64,000 nucleotides of DNA from Minisyncoccia bacterium (GTDB lineage: Bacteria > Patescibacteriota > Minisyncoccia > Phycocordibacterales > UBA918), in NCBI GenBank assembly GCA_046598345.1, contig JBKJIT010000003.1:156549-220548 (forward strand), given 5' to 3'. The position numbers and the translations under genes were made by a program. The notes below the pieces were generated by a model. The model did not search any database, was not told the DNA's origin, and saw nothing but the letters and a program-made list of their open reading frames with translations. Below are positions 21,186-33,505 of the stretch, piece after piece. Each line of letters begins with the position of its first letter. The stretch's first letter is position 1.

Positions 21186-21680
21186 ATGATGAAAATCAAT
21201 ACATTCAAACGAGGCTTCACTCTCATCGAGCTCCTCGTAGTAATCGCGATCATCGGTATCCTCGCATCCGTTGTTCTCGCATCACTAAACACAGCTCGAA
21301 GTAAAGGGTCTGACGCAGCTGTTAAGTCAAATGTGAACGGTATCCGTGTTGGTGCAGAAGTTGTGTATGACAACCTTGCTAACAGATACAGTTCCGTAGC
21401 TGATGCGTATTCAGCAGCATGCGGGGCGATAGCTATAGCAACTCCAGCTACCTTTGTATTTAACGATTCTAATGTTCAAGCACAAGTAGATGGTGCAGTA
21501 ACTGCTGGAGGTCTTGAATCGAAATGCGCTTATGGAGCAACTTTCTATGTAATCGCTGTTCCTCTTAAGTCCACACCAACTCAAGCATGGTGTGTTGATA
21601 GTACTGGTGCAGCAACTACAATCACATTTGCAAACTTCACTGCGGCAACAGATGTGACGTGTGCACTTGCAGGAACGTAA
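21186..21680 (+). CDS. Type IV pilin (probable major pilin)
   Basis: GFTLIELLVVIAIIGILA, C-terminal WCVDSTG, own terminator at about 21697-21723. Confidence 0.93.
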   Translation: MMKINTFKRGFTLIELLVVIAIIGILASVVLASLNTARSKGSDAAVKSNVNGIRVGAEVVYDNLANRYSSVADAYSAACGAIAIATPATFVFNDSNVQAQVDGAVTAGGLESKCAYGATFYVIAVPLKSTPTQAWCVDSTGAATTITFANFTAATDVTCALAGT

Positions 21681-21791
21681 AAAATACAATTTTGACAAAA
21701 AACACCCTTTAAGGGTGTTTTTTGTTTTCCACAAGGTTTATGTTTAGTTACATAATTATTTGTCGTTGTACGCTACACTTAATTATTCTTA

Positions 21792-22277
21792 ATGAATCAA
21801 AATTCAAACATAAGAGGTTTTACTTTACTCGAGCTCCTCGTAGTAATAGCGATCATCGGTATCATGACATCAATTGCGATGATGGCGCTCTCTCAGTCAA
21901 AAAATAAAGGTGGAGATGGAGGCGTGAAACAAAATCTTGTGAATGCGCGAGCGCAAGCAGCTTTTTACTATAATGGTTCCGCAACCAGCTCAGATTCCTA
22001 CACCGGGGGAGTCTCGGGGAATATGTGTAACGATGCGCGTAATGGTGTGTATCGACAAGTGCAAGCTGCCGCAAGGGCTGCAGGGTTAACTCCTCAGGGA
22101 ACTTATGCGAATAATACAACGGGAACGGCTTCACTTGAGGTGTGTCATGCTATAGCTACTCAATTCGCAATTTGGGTTCCTCTCAAGCAGGGTAATGGAT
22201 GGTGTATTGATAGCGCTGGTGCTTCTAGAAATACAGCCCCTCTTGACCAGGCAGGAAATCAATATGTTTGCCCTTAA
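21792..22277 (+). CDS. Type IV pilin paralog
   Basis: GFTLLELLVVIAIIGI, WCIDSAG. Confidence 0.9.
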   Translation: MNQNSNIRGFTLLELLVVIAIIGIMTSIAMMALSQSKNKGGDGGVKQNLVNARAQAAFYYNGSATSSDSYTGGVSGNMCNDARNGVYRQVQAAARAAGLTPQGTYANNTTGTASLEVCHAIATQFAIWVPLKQGNGWCIDSAGASRNTAPLDQAGNQYVCP

Positions 22278-22313
22278 AACGATCATAGAATGGAGACTTA
22301 CTGGTACGTCCCA

Positions 22314-23026
22314 CTCCATAGGTCTGCCCTATGAGAACACAATATTTGCTGTTAGCATAGTGGTATGGCAAATCGATATTACAATTTCGTAGAACATGAG
22401 TTCTACCACATATACAATCGTGGAAATAGTAAGCAAACTATTTTTAAGGAAGAAAGTGATTACGAACGGTTTAATAAACTGCTGTATATTGCTAACAATA
22501 ATAAGCGCTTCGTGCTTCGGGAGCTTGATACCGGCAATGTGTTTGACTTAGAACGAGAGGATCAATTGGTACACATAGGAGCCTATTGCCTCATGCCAAA
22601 TCATTATCACCTCCTGCTCACTCCTGCGCAAGAAAATGGTATTCCACGTTTCATGCGGAAACTTGCAACAGGTTATGCAGCTTATTTTAATAAAAAATAT
22701 TTTAGAACGGGAGGGTTGTTTGAGGGACCCTATAAAGCACGCTGGGCTGATTCGGACAGATACTTAAAGTACCTCTTTTCGTATATTCATCTCAACCCAT
22801 ACAGAAGTAAAGATGAAAATCATAAAAACACCATTGTGGCATCTAGACTTAATGAGTATCGTCATTCGAGTCTTCCTGATTACCTGGGAGAAAAAAGACA
22901 ACTTGGAAAAATCCTCTCGTACAAAGCATTTCCTGAATACTTCACTACAGTTAAAGATCAAATAGGGGAATTGATGGAGTGGCTTGACTATCAGGAAATT
23001 TAATGTGCCATAGGGCTGACCTATGT
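22314..23026 (+). mobile_element. RAYT/IS200-like element with flanking imperfect palindromes
   Basis: ctccataggtctgccctatgag (22314-22335) and gccatagggctgacctatgt (23007-23026) bracket the transposase in inverted orientation. Confidence 0.7.
22365..23003 (+). CDS. REP-associated tyrosine transposase (HUH, Y1_Tnp family)
   Basis: YHIYNRG, YCLMPNHYHLL (HUH), G.LF..., YIHLNP. Confidence 0.9.
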   Translation: MANRYYNFVEHEFYHIYNRGNSKQTIFKEESDYERFNKLLYIANNNKRFVLRELDTGNVFDLEREDQLVHIGAYCLMPNHYHLLLTPAQENGIPRFMRKLATGYAAYFNKKYFRTGGLFEGPYKARWADSDRYLKYLFSYIHLNPYRSKDENHKNTIVASRLNEYRHSSLPDYLGEKRQLGKILSYKAFPEYFTTVKDQIGELMEWLDYQEI

Positions 23027-23053
23027 AAATAGGGACGAGGGTAGAATGGAGGG

Positions 23054-23896
23054 ATGGAAATTTTTGCCGAAAATTTTGGATATTTTTGGTACATCATGGT
23101 GTTTGTATTTGGGGCGATTGTCGGGAGTTTTCTCAACGTGGTCATTTACCGCATTCATACGGGACGTTCGCTTAATGGGCGTTCTCACTGCATGTCCTGT
23201 GGTACGACGCTCAAGTGGTATGAGTTATTTCCCATTTTTTCATACCTCGCACTTAGGGCTCGTTGTCGGCATTGTGAGGCATACATCCCGAATCGGTATC
23301 TCGTAGTCGAATTGCTTACTGGCGCGTCGTTTGCATTTTTATGGTCTCTCTCAGCTCCTAACCTCTGGCTTTTTGCTTTATATGCTGGGCTCATCTCGGT
23401 GTGCATCATTATCGTAGTGTACGACATGCGACACACCATTATTCCTGACGAACTCACCATTCTTGTGGGAGTATTCGCTTTTCTCCTTCTTGGGTATGAA
23501 TACATGGAAACAAGGCAGGTAATCCCACTCCTTTACGACCTGCTTGCGGGAGTGAGTGCCGCGCTCTTTTTTGCTGGACTTTGGCTTGTGTCGAAGGGAC
23601 GATGGCTTGGCCTAGGAGACGCGAAGCTCGCGCTCCCACTCGGTATTATTGCAGGGTATTCTTCCGCGCTTTCCATGGTCGTCCTATCGTTTTGGGTCGG
23701 TGCTCTTATTAGTATTGTGCTCCTCTTGATCCAGAGCTTCCTCAGAAGGTGGAAAACTCACTTACCGTATCTCCCCGAAACCATTACAATGAAGAGTGAA
23801 ATCCCATTTGCTCCGTTTCTTATCGTGGGATTCATACTCGTTCTCTTTTTTCATGCAAATATTTTCACCATCACGAGTTACCTCTTACCGCTTTAG
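23054..23896 (+). CDS. pilD: Prepilin peptidase
   Basis: GSFLNVVIYR, two CxxC, D..H.IIPD, GLGDAKL, IPFAPFL. Confidence 0.94.
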   Translation: MEIFAENFGYFWYIMVFVFGAIVGSFLNVVIYRIHTGRSLNGRSHCMSCGTTLKWYELFPIFSYLALRARCRHCEAYIPNRYLVVELLTGASFAFLWSLSAPNLWLFALYAGLISVCIIIVVYDMRHTIIPDELTILVGVFAFLLLGYEYMETRQVIPLLYDLLAGVSAALFFAGLWLVSKGRWLGLGDAKLALPLGIIAGYSSALSMVVLSFWVGALISIVLLLIQSFLRRWKTHLPYLPETITMKSEIPFAPFLIVGFILVLFFHANIFTITSYLLPL

Positions 23897-24488
23897 GAAG
23901 GGTAGAGAAGGTGTGCGTGGGTTTACGCTCCTTGAGATGATGGTCTCTGTTGCCATCATTGCTCTCATCACCGCCCTTGTGTTGGTAAAATTTGGTGCGT
24001 TTGAAAGTACGACGCTTCTTAAGGGCGCGGCGTACGAGCTCGCGCTTTCAATCCGCGACGCCCAAGTCTACTCAATCAGTGTGAAAGGAAATGCAGGCGG
24101 GTTTGATTACCCCTATGGGGTACATTTTGCAAAGTTAGGGACCACCTACACGTTTTTTAGAGATGAAAATTCTCAATCTGGTCAGCTTTTCTATCTTGGT
24201 GGCACAGACACTCCTCTGAGTAGTCCAGTGGTCGGTAGGTCAATGCGTATAGAAGACTTATGTGTGTATACCACAGGAAGTCCAAACACATGTGTACCTG
24301 TCGATGCGCTCGATGTTTCATTCAGGCGGCCGGAATTTTATGCTTTATTTTATGCTGCCCAAGGAGAAGGAACATCGTATACTTCTGAGATAACGAAAGC
24401 CCAGGTAAAGCTCAAATCCACGAAGGGGACGGACATTTGGGTAATTGAGATCGGGCTATTGGGACACATTTCGGTGTTTAAGGGATAA
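23853..24488 (+). CDS. Minor pilin
   Basis: GFTLLEMMVSVAII; start uncertain. Confidence 0.85.
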   Translation: MQIFSPSRVTSYRFRKGREGVRGFTLLEMMVSVAIIALITALVLVKFGAFESTTLLKGAAYELALSIRDAQVYSISVKGNAGGFDYPYGVHFAKLGTTYTFFRDENSQSGQLFYLGGTDTPLSSPVVGRSMRIEDLCVYTTGSPNTCVPVDALDVSFRRPEFYALFYAAQGEGTSYTSEITKAQVKLKSTKGTDIWVIEIGLLGHISVFKG

Positions 24489-24491
24489 CGT

Positions 24492-25100
24492 ATGCAGTTA
24501 CTTCATAAGAAAAACAAATATTCTCAGACCTCACACGGTTTTTCTCTGATTGAACTTATGGTGTCGCTCTCACTTTTTGCGATCGTCATGGTAATTAGCA
24601 TTAGCACGCTCCTCACCATTATTGATGCAAATGGAAAAGCACAGGCCCTCTACTCAGCTATGACGAATATATCCTTTGCACTCGATAGTATGAGTAGAAA
24701 TATTCGTACAGCCTCGGAGCATAATTGTGCTTCAGACCCAGTTTGGACCTCACTTCCAACTGATCCACAGGATTGTCCGACAGGTAATGCTATTGCCTTT
24801 CTGCGACAAAAGGACGGCGCTCGCACTGCATATCGACTCAATTCGGGAACTATAGAGCAGCGAGTAATCAATGCTTCAAGCATTGATTCTGGCTGGCTAC
24901 CGATCACTGCTTCGTCAACAGTCATTGACACATTTCGGGTTTCAGTAAGTGAGGCAGATGGGGTTGTTGATAATAAGCAAACCCAAGTCTCGCTTCTCAT
25001 TAAGGGTTACGTCTCAAATGGACTCGAGGCAAATACGAACTTCACCCTCCAGACGACCGTTACGCCCCGCGTATTAGATATCTACCACGATGTACCATGA
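24492..25100 (+). CDS. Minor pilin (PilW-like)
   Basis: GFSLIELMVSL. Confidence 0.85.
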   Translation: MQLLHKKNKYSQTSHGFSLIELMVSLSLFAIVMVISISTLLTIIDANGKAQALYSAMTNISFALDSMSRNIRTASEHNCASDPVWTSLPTDPQDCPTGNAIAFLRQKDGARTAYRLNSGTIEQRVINASSIDSGWLPITASSTVIDTFRVSVSEADGVVDNKQTQVSLLIKGYVSNGLEANTNFTLQTTVTPRVLDIYHDVP

Positions 25101-25684
25101 GTAATAGTAACAATCACAAATTCTTTAGAACGACTGAATCACGAGGTTTTACTCTAGTTGAAACCCTGGTTGCAATCACGATTCTTATCATGGCAGTTAT
25201 GGGTCCTATGACGATTGCGGCCCGAGGTATGCAAATGGGATTTTACGCAAACCAACAGACCACTGCGGTCTCACTTGCACAGGAATCCATCGAGTCCATT
25301 CAGAAGCTTCGAGATGATAACGCGCTTGAAGCATTTGTTGACACAGCAAATAATGGAACAGAAGACACATGGTCATGGTACAGTGCGTCAAACATAAGCT
25401 CATGCAAGAATGGTAGTTGTGACTATGATCCGACTACAAGTGGAAACTATCGGAATTGTACTTTGGGTTGCAGATTGTATCTTGAGACTGTGACAAATAA
25501 ATATGGATATGGAGCTGGTGCGCAGTCACCATTCACACGAACAATCCAGATCGGAGCTGTTTCGGGGGGAGGTGTACCTGTGACAGTAACAGTAAGTTGG
25601 AGTACACCGCTTTTTTCAACAACTCGGTCAGTGGTACTTCGAACATGGGTATATGACCATTATGAGTTCTTTGAGACTAATTAA
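25097..25684 (+). CDS. Minor pilin (PilV-like)
   Basis: GFTLVETLVAI, AQESIE. Confidence 0.85.
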   Translation: MSNSNNHKFFRTTESRGFTLVETLVAITILIMAVMGPMTIAARGMQMGFYANQQTTAVSLAQESIESIQKLRDDNALEAFVDTANNGTEDTWSWYSASNISSCKNGSCDYDPTTSGNYRNCTLGCRLYLETVTNKYGYGAGAQSPFTRTIQIGAVSGGGVPVTVTVSWSTPLFSTTRSVVLRTWVYDHYEFFETN

Positions 25685-25687
25685 TAT

Positions 25688-26275
25688 ATGAGTAAGCAAC
25701 ATAACAAAGGGTTTGCGCTCCTCATTACGATTTTGCTCGTGACCGTACTACTTGGAATTAGTAGTTCACTTCTCAATGTGGTTTTAAAGCAATACCAGCT
25801 TTCAGGCATATCCAATGCATCCGAAACTGCATTTCAAGCTGCAAATGCGGGGCTTGAATGTGCTCTATACCATGATTTTTTAAATTATCCATACACAAGC
25901 ACAGCAAGTCCATTTGACGTACTAGCATCACCCGGAACCTCTGGTGAAGCTAGCATAGGGTGCTTTGGTGGTGTCGCAATTGCAGATAGTGAAACTCTAA
26001 CAAACACAAAATCAAGTGGTGAAGAACAGAGATTCGAATTTTCATGGCCCACGGGAAGTGCCAGTCTTTGTACTAAGGTGAGTGTGTATAAATTTTATAG
26101 CACGAGTGCTTCTGTTTCTATGTCGACAGTTCTGGAGATCCCATCCTTTCCAGGTCGTTCATGTCCACAGGGAGCGATTTGTACAGTGATTAAATCACGA
26201 GGATATAATGCAGCCTGTGCTGATATCACTACCAATCCGCGAGTTGTTGAACGTGAGCTCATCAAGGTCTACTGA
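25688..26275 (+). CDS. Minor pilin (PilX-like)
   Basis: GFALLITI (no E5), AFQAANAGLE, IKSRG. Confidence 0.8.
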   Translation: MSKQHNKGFALLITILLVTVLLGISSSLLNVVLKQYQLSGISNASETAFQAANAGLECALYHDFLNYPYTSTASPFDVLASPGTSGEASIGCFGGVAIADSETLTNTKSSGEEQRFEFSWPTGSASLCTKVSVYKFYSTSASVSMSTVLEIPSFPGRSCPQGAICTVIKSRGYNAACADITTNPRVVERELIKVY

Positions 26276-26338
26276 TTCACCATTCGGCTCTCAAAGAATC
26301 ACGAGAATTTCAGGAAAAGCTTAATATGCTATCTTTAA

Positions 26339-28390
<2,052 letters not shown>

Positions 28391-28448
28391 TGGCTCTGTA
28401 GCGGCACCGCGTGGTTAATGCTACTATACGCGAAATTTGAAACACATC

Positions 28449-28742
28449 ATGGACCGCGCAAACATTGAAAAACTTGCCCGCATGGCTCGTATAGAACTTC
28501 AGGAAGACGAAGCAGATATTCTTGCAGAAAATATCACGTCAATCTTGAATTACGTGAGTGAAATTAGTGAAATTACGGGAGATAAGGAAGTGGAAAAGAA
28601 AGCTGGTCCTCTTCATAATGTCTTTCGGGAGGATGGTAAGCCACATGCGCCGGGAATCTATACAGACGATCTGCTTAAGGCGGCACCGAATCGGGAGGGA
28701 ATGTATATAAAAGTAAAAAAGATTCTTGAAGATAAAAAATAG
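28449..28742 (+). CDS. gatC: Asp/Glu-tRNA amidotransferase subunit C
   Basis: IEKLARMARI, NVFRED, APNREGMYIKV; upstream of gatA. Confidence 0.9.
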   Translation: MDRANIEKLARMARIELQEDEADILAENITSILNYVSEISEITGDKEVEKKAGPLHNVFREDGKPHAPGIYTDDLLKAAPNREGMYIKVKKILEDKK

Positions 28743-28743
28743 T

Positions 28744-30153
28744 ATGACTATTGAATCGCTTCGAAAAAAATTTATTGAAGGTAGTTACACGCCACTCGAT
28801 GCGTACCATGAGGTGCGGAAGGTTATCGATGCAAAGAATCCAGAACTGAATGCATTTCTCCATGTTTATGATGCAGAAGGAGAGGCAGAGAGTGCAACAA
28901 AGCGTTACGCAGAGGAAGGCGATGCGGCCCCTATGCTTCTGGGTATGCCGATTGCAGTGAAGAACAATATTCTCATGAAAGGGAAGGTGACGACCGCAGG
29001 GTCACGAATGCTCGAGAAGTATGTTGCGTCGTTTGATGCGACGGTAATCGCACGCATGAAGGCCGAGGGCCCAGTATTTGTCGGGGATACCAACCTGGAT
29101 GAATTTGCGATGGGTTCTTCGACAGAAAATTCCGCGTTTGGAGTTACCAAGAATCCTATCGATCCAACGCGTGTCCCGGGAGGCTCATCGGGAGGCTCTG
29201 GTGCTGCGGTGGCAATGGGAGCGGCGGTTGCTGCACTTGGTACTGATACAGGAGGCTCAGTGCGCCTCCCGGGAAGTTTCTGTGGTGTTGTAGGCTTTAA
29301 GCCTACGTATGGCGCTGTTTCGCGCCATGGGCTTATTGCGATGGGTTCATCTCTAGATCAGGCCGGGACCATCACGAACAATGTGAGAGACTCGGAAATC
29401 ATTTTTAATACAGTACGCGGTGAAGATAGGATGGACGCAACGACCATTACGAAAGACACCTATCCACTCGTTTCTACTAAAGAGCGCTACCGAATCGGCG
29501 TACCACGAGATTTTCTCAAAGAAGGTATTGATGCGGATATTCTTGCGGTGTTTGAAAAGAAGATTGAAGCACTAACGCTAGCTGGTCACGAGGTTGTCGA
29601 TGTATCGCTTCCCTTAATGAAGAAAGGGCTCGCGGCGTACTACATCGTGATGCCTGCTGAAGTATCTTCCAATTTGGCGAGGTACGATGGTGTGCGCTAC
29701 GGCCTCCATGTGCCGGGTGACAATCTCCTCGAGGATTATTTGAAGACGCGAGCGGAAGGTTTCGGGGCTGAGGTAAAGCGAAGAATTTTACTCGGAACAT
29801 ACGTACTCAGTGCGGGGTACTACGATGCGTATTACGGAAAGGCTGAACGAGTCCGGGCGCTTATGCGGGATGAGCTCGCGCAGGCATTTGCTGATATTGA
29901 TCTCATAATGACGCCAACTGCTCCTATTGTGCCACCCAAGATCGGAGAAAAGAGCGATCCGCTTTCTATGTATCTCTTGGATATTTGTACCGTTTCAGTA
30001 AATCTTACCGGTGTGCCAGCCATTTCTATTCCAAGTGGCAGTGTAGAACGCGACGGAACAGCACTCCCGGTTGGGGTACAATATATAGCACCACTTAATG
30101 GTGACGACCGCCTCTTCGATTTCGGCAAAAGAATTTTTGACGAATCTTTGTAG
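28744..30153 (+). CDS. gatA: Asp/Glu-tRNA amidotransferase subunit A
   Basis: NLDEFAMGSSTENS, PGGSSGGS, GTDTGGSVR, SSNLARYDG. Confidence 0.97.
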   Translation: MTIESLRKKFIEGSYTPLDAYHEVRKVIDAKNPELNAFLHVYDAEGEAESATKRYAEEGDAAPMLLGMPIAVKNNILMKGKVTTAGSRMLEKYVASFDATVIARMKAEGPVFVGDTNLDEFAMGSSTENSAFGVTKNPIDPTRVPGGSSGGSGAAVAMGAAVAALGTDTGGSVRLPGSFCGVVGFKPTYGAVSRHGLIAMGSSLDQAGTITNNVRDSEIIFNTVRGEDRMDATTITKDTYPLVSTKERYRIGVPRDFLKEGIDADILAVFEKKIEALTLAGHEVVDVSLPLMKKGLAAYYIVMPAEVSSNLARYDGVRYGLHVPGDNLLEDYLKTRAEGFGAEVKRRILLGTYVLSAGYYDAYYGKAERVRALMRDELAQAFADIDLIMTPTAPIVPPKIGEKSDPLSMYLLDICTVSVNLTGVPAISIPSGSVERDGTALPVGVQYIAPLNGDDRLFDFGKRIFDESL

Positions 30154-30176
30154 GACCGCACCTGTGCGTAGGTTCT

Positions 30177-30782
30177 ATGTACCCCACAGTAAATATTGAT
30201 GAACAAACGATAGAAGGCCCTGGGCTCGATGCATTTCTTAGCATTGGGGATTCATTTCCTGGTCTCTCAGGGTTCTTTGGTGGTTTTCTGAATGGCTTGG
30301 AACACTGGTGGAGTATTTACTCTATATTTGCGATGGTCCTGTCACTCGTGTTTTTCCTTGGATTTATTTATGCTCGAATTCGGTTTGGCGAACAGATCGA
30401 AATTGAGCAACAGGGTCTGCGTAAAGAAGAGGAAAAGTGGCGACTCAAGTATGAAGCTGGTTCAACAGGGAATAGTCGGTGGTCACAAATTCAAGAACAC
30501 GTACGTGATGATAGTCCCTCTGCGTGGCGTATTGCGATTATTGAAGCTGATATCCTGCTTGAAGAAACACTCACCAATGCGGGGTACGTGGGAATGACTA
30601 TTGGAGAAAAGCTCAAAGGGGCAAACCCGCTTTCATTTACGACGCTCCATGATGCGTGGGAAGCGCACAAAGTGCGTAATGAAATTGCGCACGCAGGGAG
30701 CGATTTTGTGCTTACGAAAAAAATTGCAGCGGAAACTATCGTACGATTTGAGCGTGTGTTTCGAGAATTTGGAGTGATTTAG
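30177..30782 (+). CDS. Conserved-looking hypothetical membrane protein
   Basis: TM, WRIAIIEADILL, AWEAHKVRNEIAH. Confidence 0.75.
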   Translation: MYPTVNIDEQTIEGPGLDAFLSIGDSFPGLSGFFGGFLNGLEHWWSIYSIFAMVLSLVFFLGFIYARIRFGEQIEIEQQGLRKEEEKWRLKYEAGSTGNSRWSQIQEHVRDDSPSAWRIAIIEADILLEETLTNAGYVGMTIGEKLKGANPLSFTTLHDAWEAHKVRNEIAHAGSDFVLTKKIAAETIVRFERVFREFGVI

Positions 30783-30998
30783 TAACAAGAACAAGAAAAG
30801 ACTGGCATGAACCAGTCTTTTCTTGTTCTTGTTGCGGGGCCCGGAATCGACATCGAATCACTAGTTCACTTCGTTCATAAGTGTTCGTTAGCTCGGCTCA
30901 CTCATTTGACATTAGGAATAGTCAAATTGAGTTCCGCATGTTCGATTCCTGAGCACAAGAAACGAAAACGCCAGCAAAAGCTGGCATTTTCTCTCTTG

Positions 30999-31069
30999 TT
31001 GCGGGGCCCGGAATCGAACCGGGGTCTGGAGGTTATGAGCCTCCCGAGGTACCTCTCCTCTACCCCGCG
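30999..31069 (-). tRNA. Initiator tRNA-fMet(CAU)
   Basis: CGCGGGG/CCCCGCA with C1:A72 mismatch, loop CT CAT AA. Confidence 0.9.
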
Positions 31070-31146
31070 ATGTAATACTCCTATGAGTACATACGAATGT
31101 ACCGTATGTTGTGTCCATATGCAAACGTATATGTTATAAATTCTTC

Positions 31147-31822
31147 ATGCAATGCGTTATATTGGCTGCAGGGAAGGGTACGCGACTTCGTCCATTTACC
31201 GATCATACTCCTAAGCCTCTCATACAAGTGGGTGATCGAGCGCTTCTCGATCACATTGTTGAAGCTCTTCCCACTGAGGTGGATGAAATCATCTTAGTTA
31301 TCGGATACTTAGGGGATCAGCTACGTTCATATTGTGGTACTGAATTTCATGGAAGAAAGATGACCTATGTAGAGCAGGTAGTGCAGGACGGCACAGCAAG
31401 GGCGTTGTGGCTTTGCAAAGAATATCTTAAGGGAAGGTTTTTTCATGTTTGCCGATGATATTCATGGAGAGGAGGATGTTAAGAGAGCCCTCAAGTACCC
31501 GCGCTCACTCCTTGTTATGAAAAGTGAGCATCCTGAACGGTTTGGTGTGGTGGTCCAGCATGCGGATGGAACACTCGCAGAGCTTATTGAAAAGCCTGAA
31601 AATCCACCAACGAATCTGGTTTCTACTGGCGGTATAGTGCTTGATGAACATATCTTTGATTTCGAGGCGAAAGCACCAGTAAAAGGAGAATATTACTTAA
31701 CAGAGGTAGTACAAGAATACGCGCATACATATCCGGTCATGGTAGTTGAAGAAAACCTCTGGATTCCTATTGGCTACCCAGAAGATATTCCCCGTGCGGA
31801 GAAAATATTGAGCTTGAAATAG
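31147..31822 (+). pseudogene. Sugar-phosphate nucleotidyltransferase, frameshifted near 31438-31445
   Basis: N half ILAAGKGTRLRP..PKPL and C half MFADD..RFGVV..EKP..GEYYLT lie in different frames around a T6 run. Confidence 0.8.
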
Positions 31823-31876
31823 TGTATTGAATCACCATCTATCTAATGGTATTCTTTCGAGGCTTAACACAAATAT

Positions 31877-31950
31877 GTCGGCGTAGCTCAGTTGGTTAGA
31901 GCATCTCACTCATAAAGAGAAGGTCGGAAGTTCAACTCTTCCCGTCGACA
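31877..31950 (+). tRNA. tRNA-Met(CAU), probably elongator
   Basis: GTCGGCG/CGTCGAC acceptor, loop CT CAT AA, T-loop TTCAACT. Confidence 0.88.
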
Positions 31951-32181
31951 CTAGCACACAAAAAGCTGGATATCCGTCCAGCTTTTTGTGTGTCTCTGTA
32001 AGTCGACGGGAAGAGTTGAAGAGAGCGAGTATATCGCACGGAGTGAAACGAGTACGATTCGAGCGACGGGGCAGCGAGTTCTTAATATTTTGAAGTATGA
32101 AAAATATTTAGAACTGGCGCCAACTCTTCCCGTCTCCGGCCTTCATCTAATCCGCATAAGAGCCTGTGTCATAATGGTCAT

Positions 32182-33393
32182 ATGAAAATAAGTCTTTCTA
32201 GAATCATTCGAGGTTTTTTCTTAGCGACTCTTCTCTCGTCTATTACGTTCGTTTCACCAGTGTTTGCTGCAACTTCAAATACCGCTGCATCCAAAAGCGT
32301 ATTTAAGGAGAGTATTAGTACGCTGGATATTCGAGAGAAATTTGAAAAAGCTTCGAGTACCAAGTCAAAAACAGAAAAGGTAAAAATACTTATCGTGCCG
32401 GGGCACGACGACAAATATGCCGGGGCTCTTTTTGGTGATATACGGGAGGCAGACTTGACGCTTAGGCTCGGAAAAGAATTGCATGCGCTTCTTAAGAAAG
32501 AGAAGGGTGTGGAAACCACTTTGCTTCGCACAGAAAAAGGGTACGATCCACATTTTTCAAACTACATAACAAAGAATCTAAAGTCGATTCTCAAATTTCG
32601 GGAGTCCAAACAGACGACAATGCAGAAGCTTATACTAGAGGGGAAAGTACAGGATTATTCCAATGTAAGCCACAATAATGCGTTACCGTCGGTTGCCACA
32701 ATCCTCTATGGCATTAACAAATACGCAAACGACAATGAGTATGACATTGTGCTCCACATACATTTTAATGATTACCCAGGCCACGGGGCCCTCCCGGGAA
32801 CCTATACTGGTTTTACAATATATGTACCTGAGAAACAGTTTGGAAATGCAAAGGCAAGCCAGGATCTCGCCAAAAAAGTACGCGATCAGCTTAGCCTCGT
32901 TTCAGCGGAAAGTAGCCATCCACAAGAAGACGGGATCACCCCAGATCAAGAGCTCATTGGTATTGGGGCATACAATACCCTTAGTGCCGCGGTCATTCTG
33001 ACCGAATACGGATATGTGTATGAACCGCAATTTATTGATCCCGCCATTGCTCCTACAGTGATTACAGAACTTGCTCGCCAGACGTACGTTGGGGTTATGA
33101 ATTATCTTAAAAACACCAAGATAGTGAAAACGACCTATCCTACGCTTGAAGGATACGTCTGGAAAAAGGAGCTCTCTACGAATTCAGGCTTGGATATTCT
33201 CGCACTCCAGGATCTCCTGTATGAATGGGAACTGTATCCAAACGAGGAATCACTAAATACATGTCAACTACACGGTCAGTATAATAGATGCATCACGAAT
33301 GGAATCCGTAAATTCCAAAAGGAAAATAAGCTAAAAGTAACTGGACTGTTTAATAAGGCGACACGTGCAGCAGTGAATCAATTGGCAAAATAA
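32182..33393 (+). CDS. N-acetylmuramoyl-L-alanine amidase with C-terminal PG-binding domain
   Basis: Signal peptide, IVPGHD..E, LHIHFN, LTEYGY, FQKENKLKVTG. Confidence 0.85.
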   Translation: MKISLSRIIRGFFLATLLSSITFVSPVFAATSNTAASKSVFKESISTLDIREKFEKASSTKSKTEKVKILIVPGHDDKYAGALFGDIREADLTLRLGKELHALLKKEKGVETTLLRTEKGYDPHFSNYITKNLKSILKFRESKQTTMQKLILEGKVQDYSNVSHNNALPSVATILYGINKYANDNEYDIVLHIHFNDYPGHGALPGTYTGFTIYVPEKQFGNAKASQDLAKKVRDQLSLVSAESSHPQEDGITPDQELIGIGAYNTLSAAVILTEYGYVYEPQFIDPAIAPTVITELARQTYVGVMNYLKNTKIVKTTYPTLEGYVWKKELSTNSGLDILALQDLLYEWELYPNEESLNTCQLHGQYNRCITNGIRKFQKENKLKVTGLFNKATRAAVNQLAK

Positions 33394-33505
33394 GAGCCCC
33401 TTTGCAGGGATTTTATGTTTTGCGCAACGTACTGGCTGCTGTTAAAACTAAGATAAGGGTGTTTAATTATTCCTGATTTACCACTGCCACCTTCCTGAAC
33501 AGTAT

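Noticed and set aside
31877-31950. tRNA-Ile2(CAU) identity
   Set aside because: Cannot be excluded from sequence alone, but a UAU Ile tRNA is present, so elongator Met is more parsimonious.
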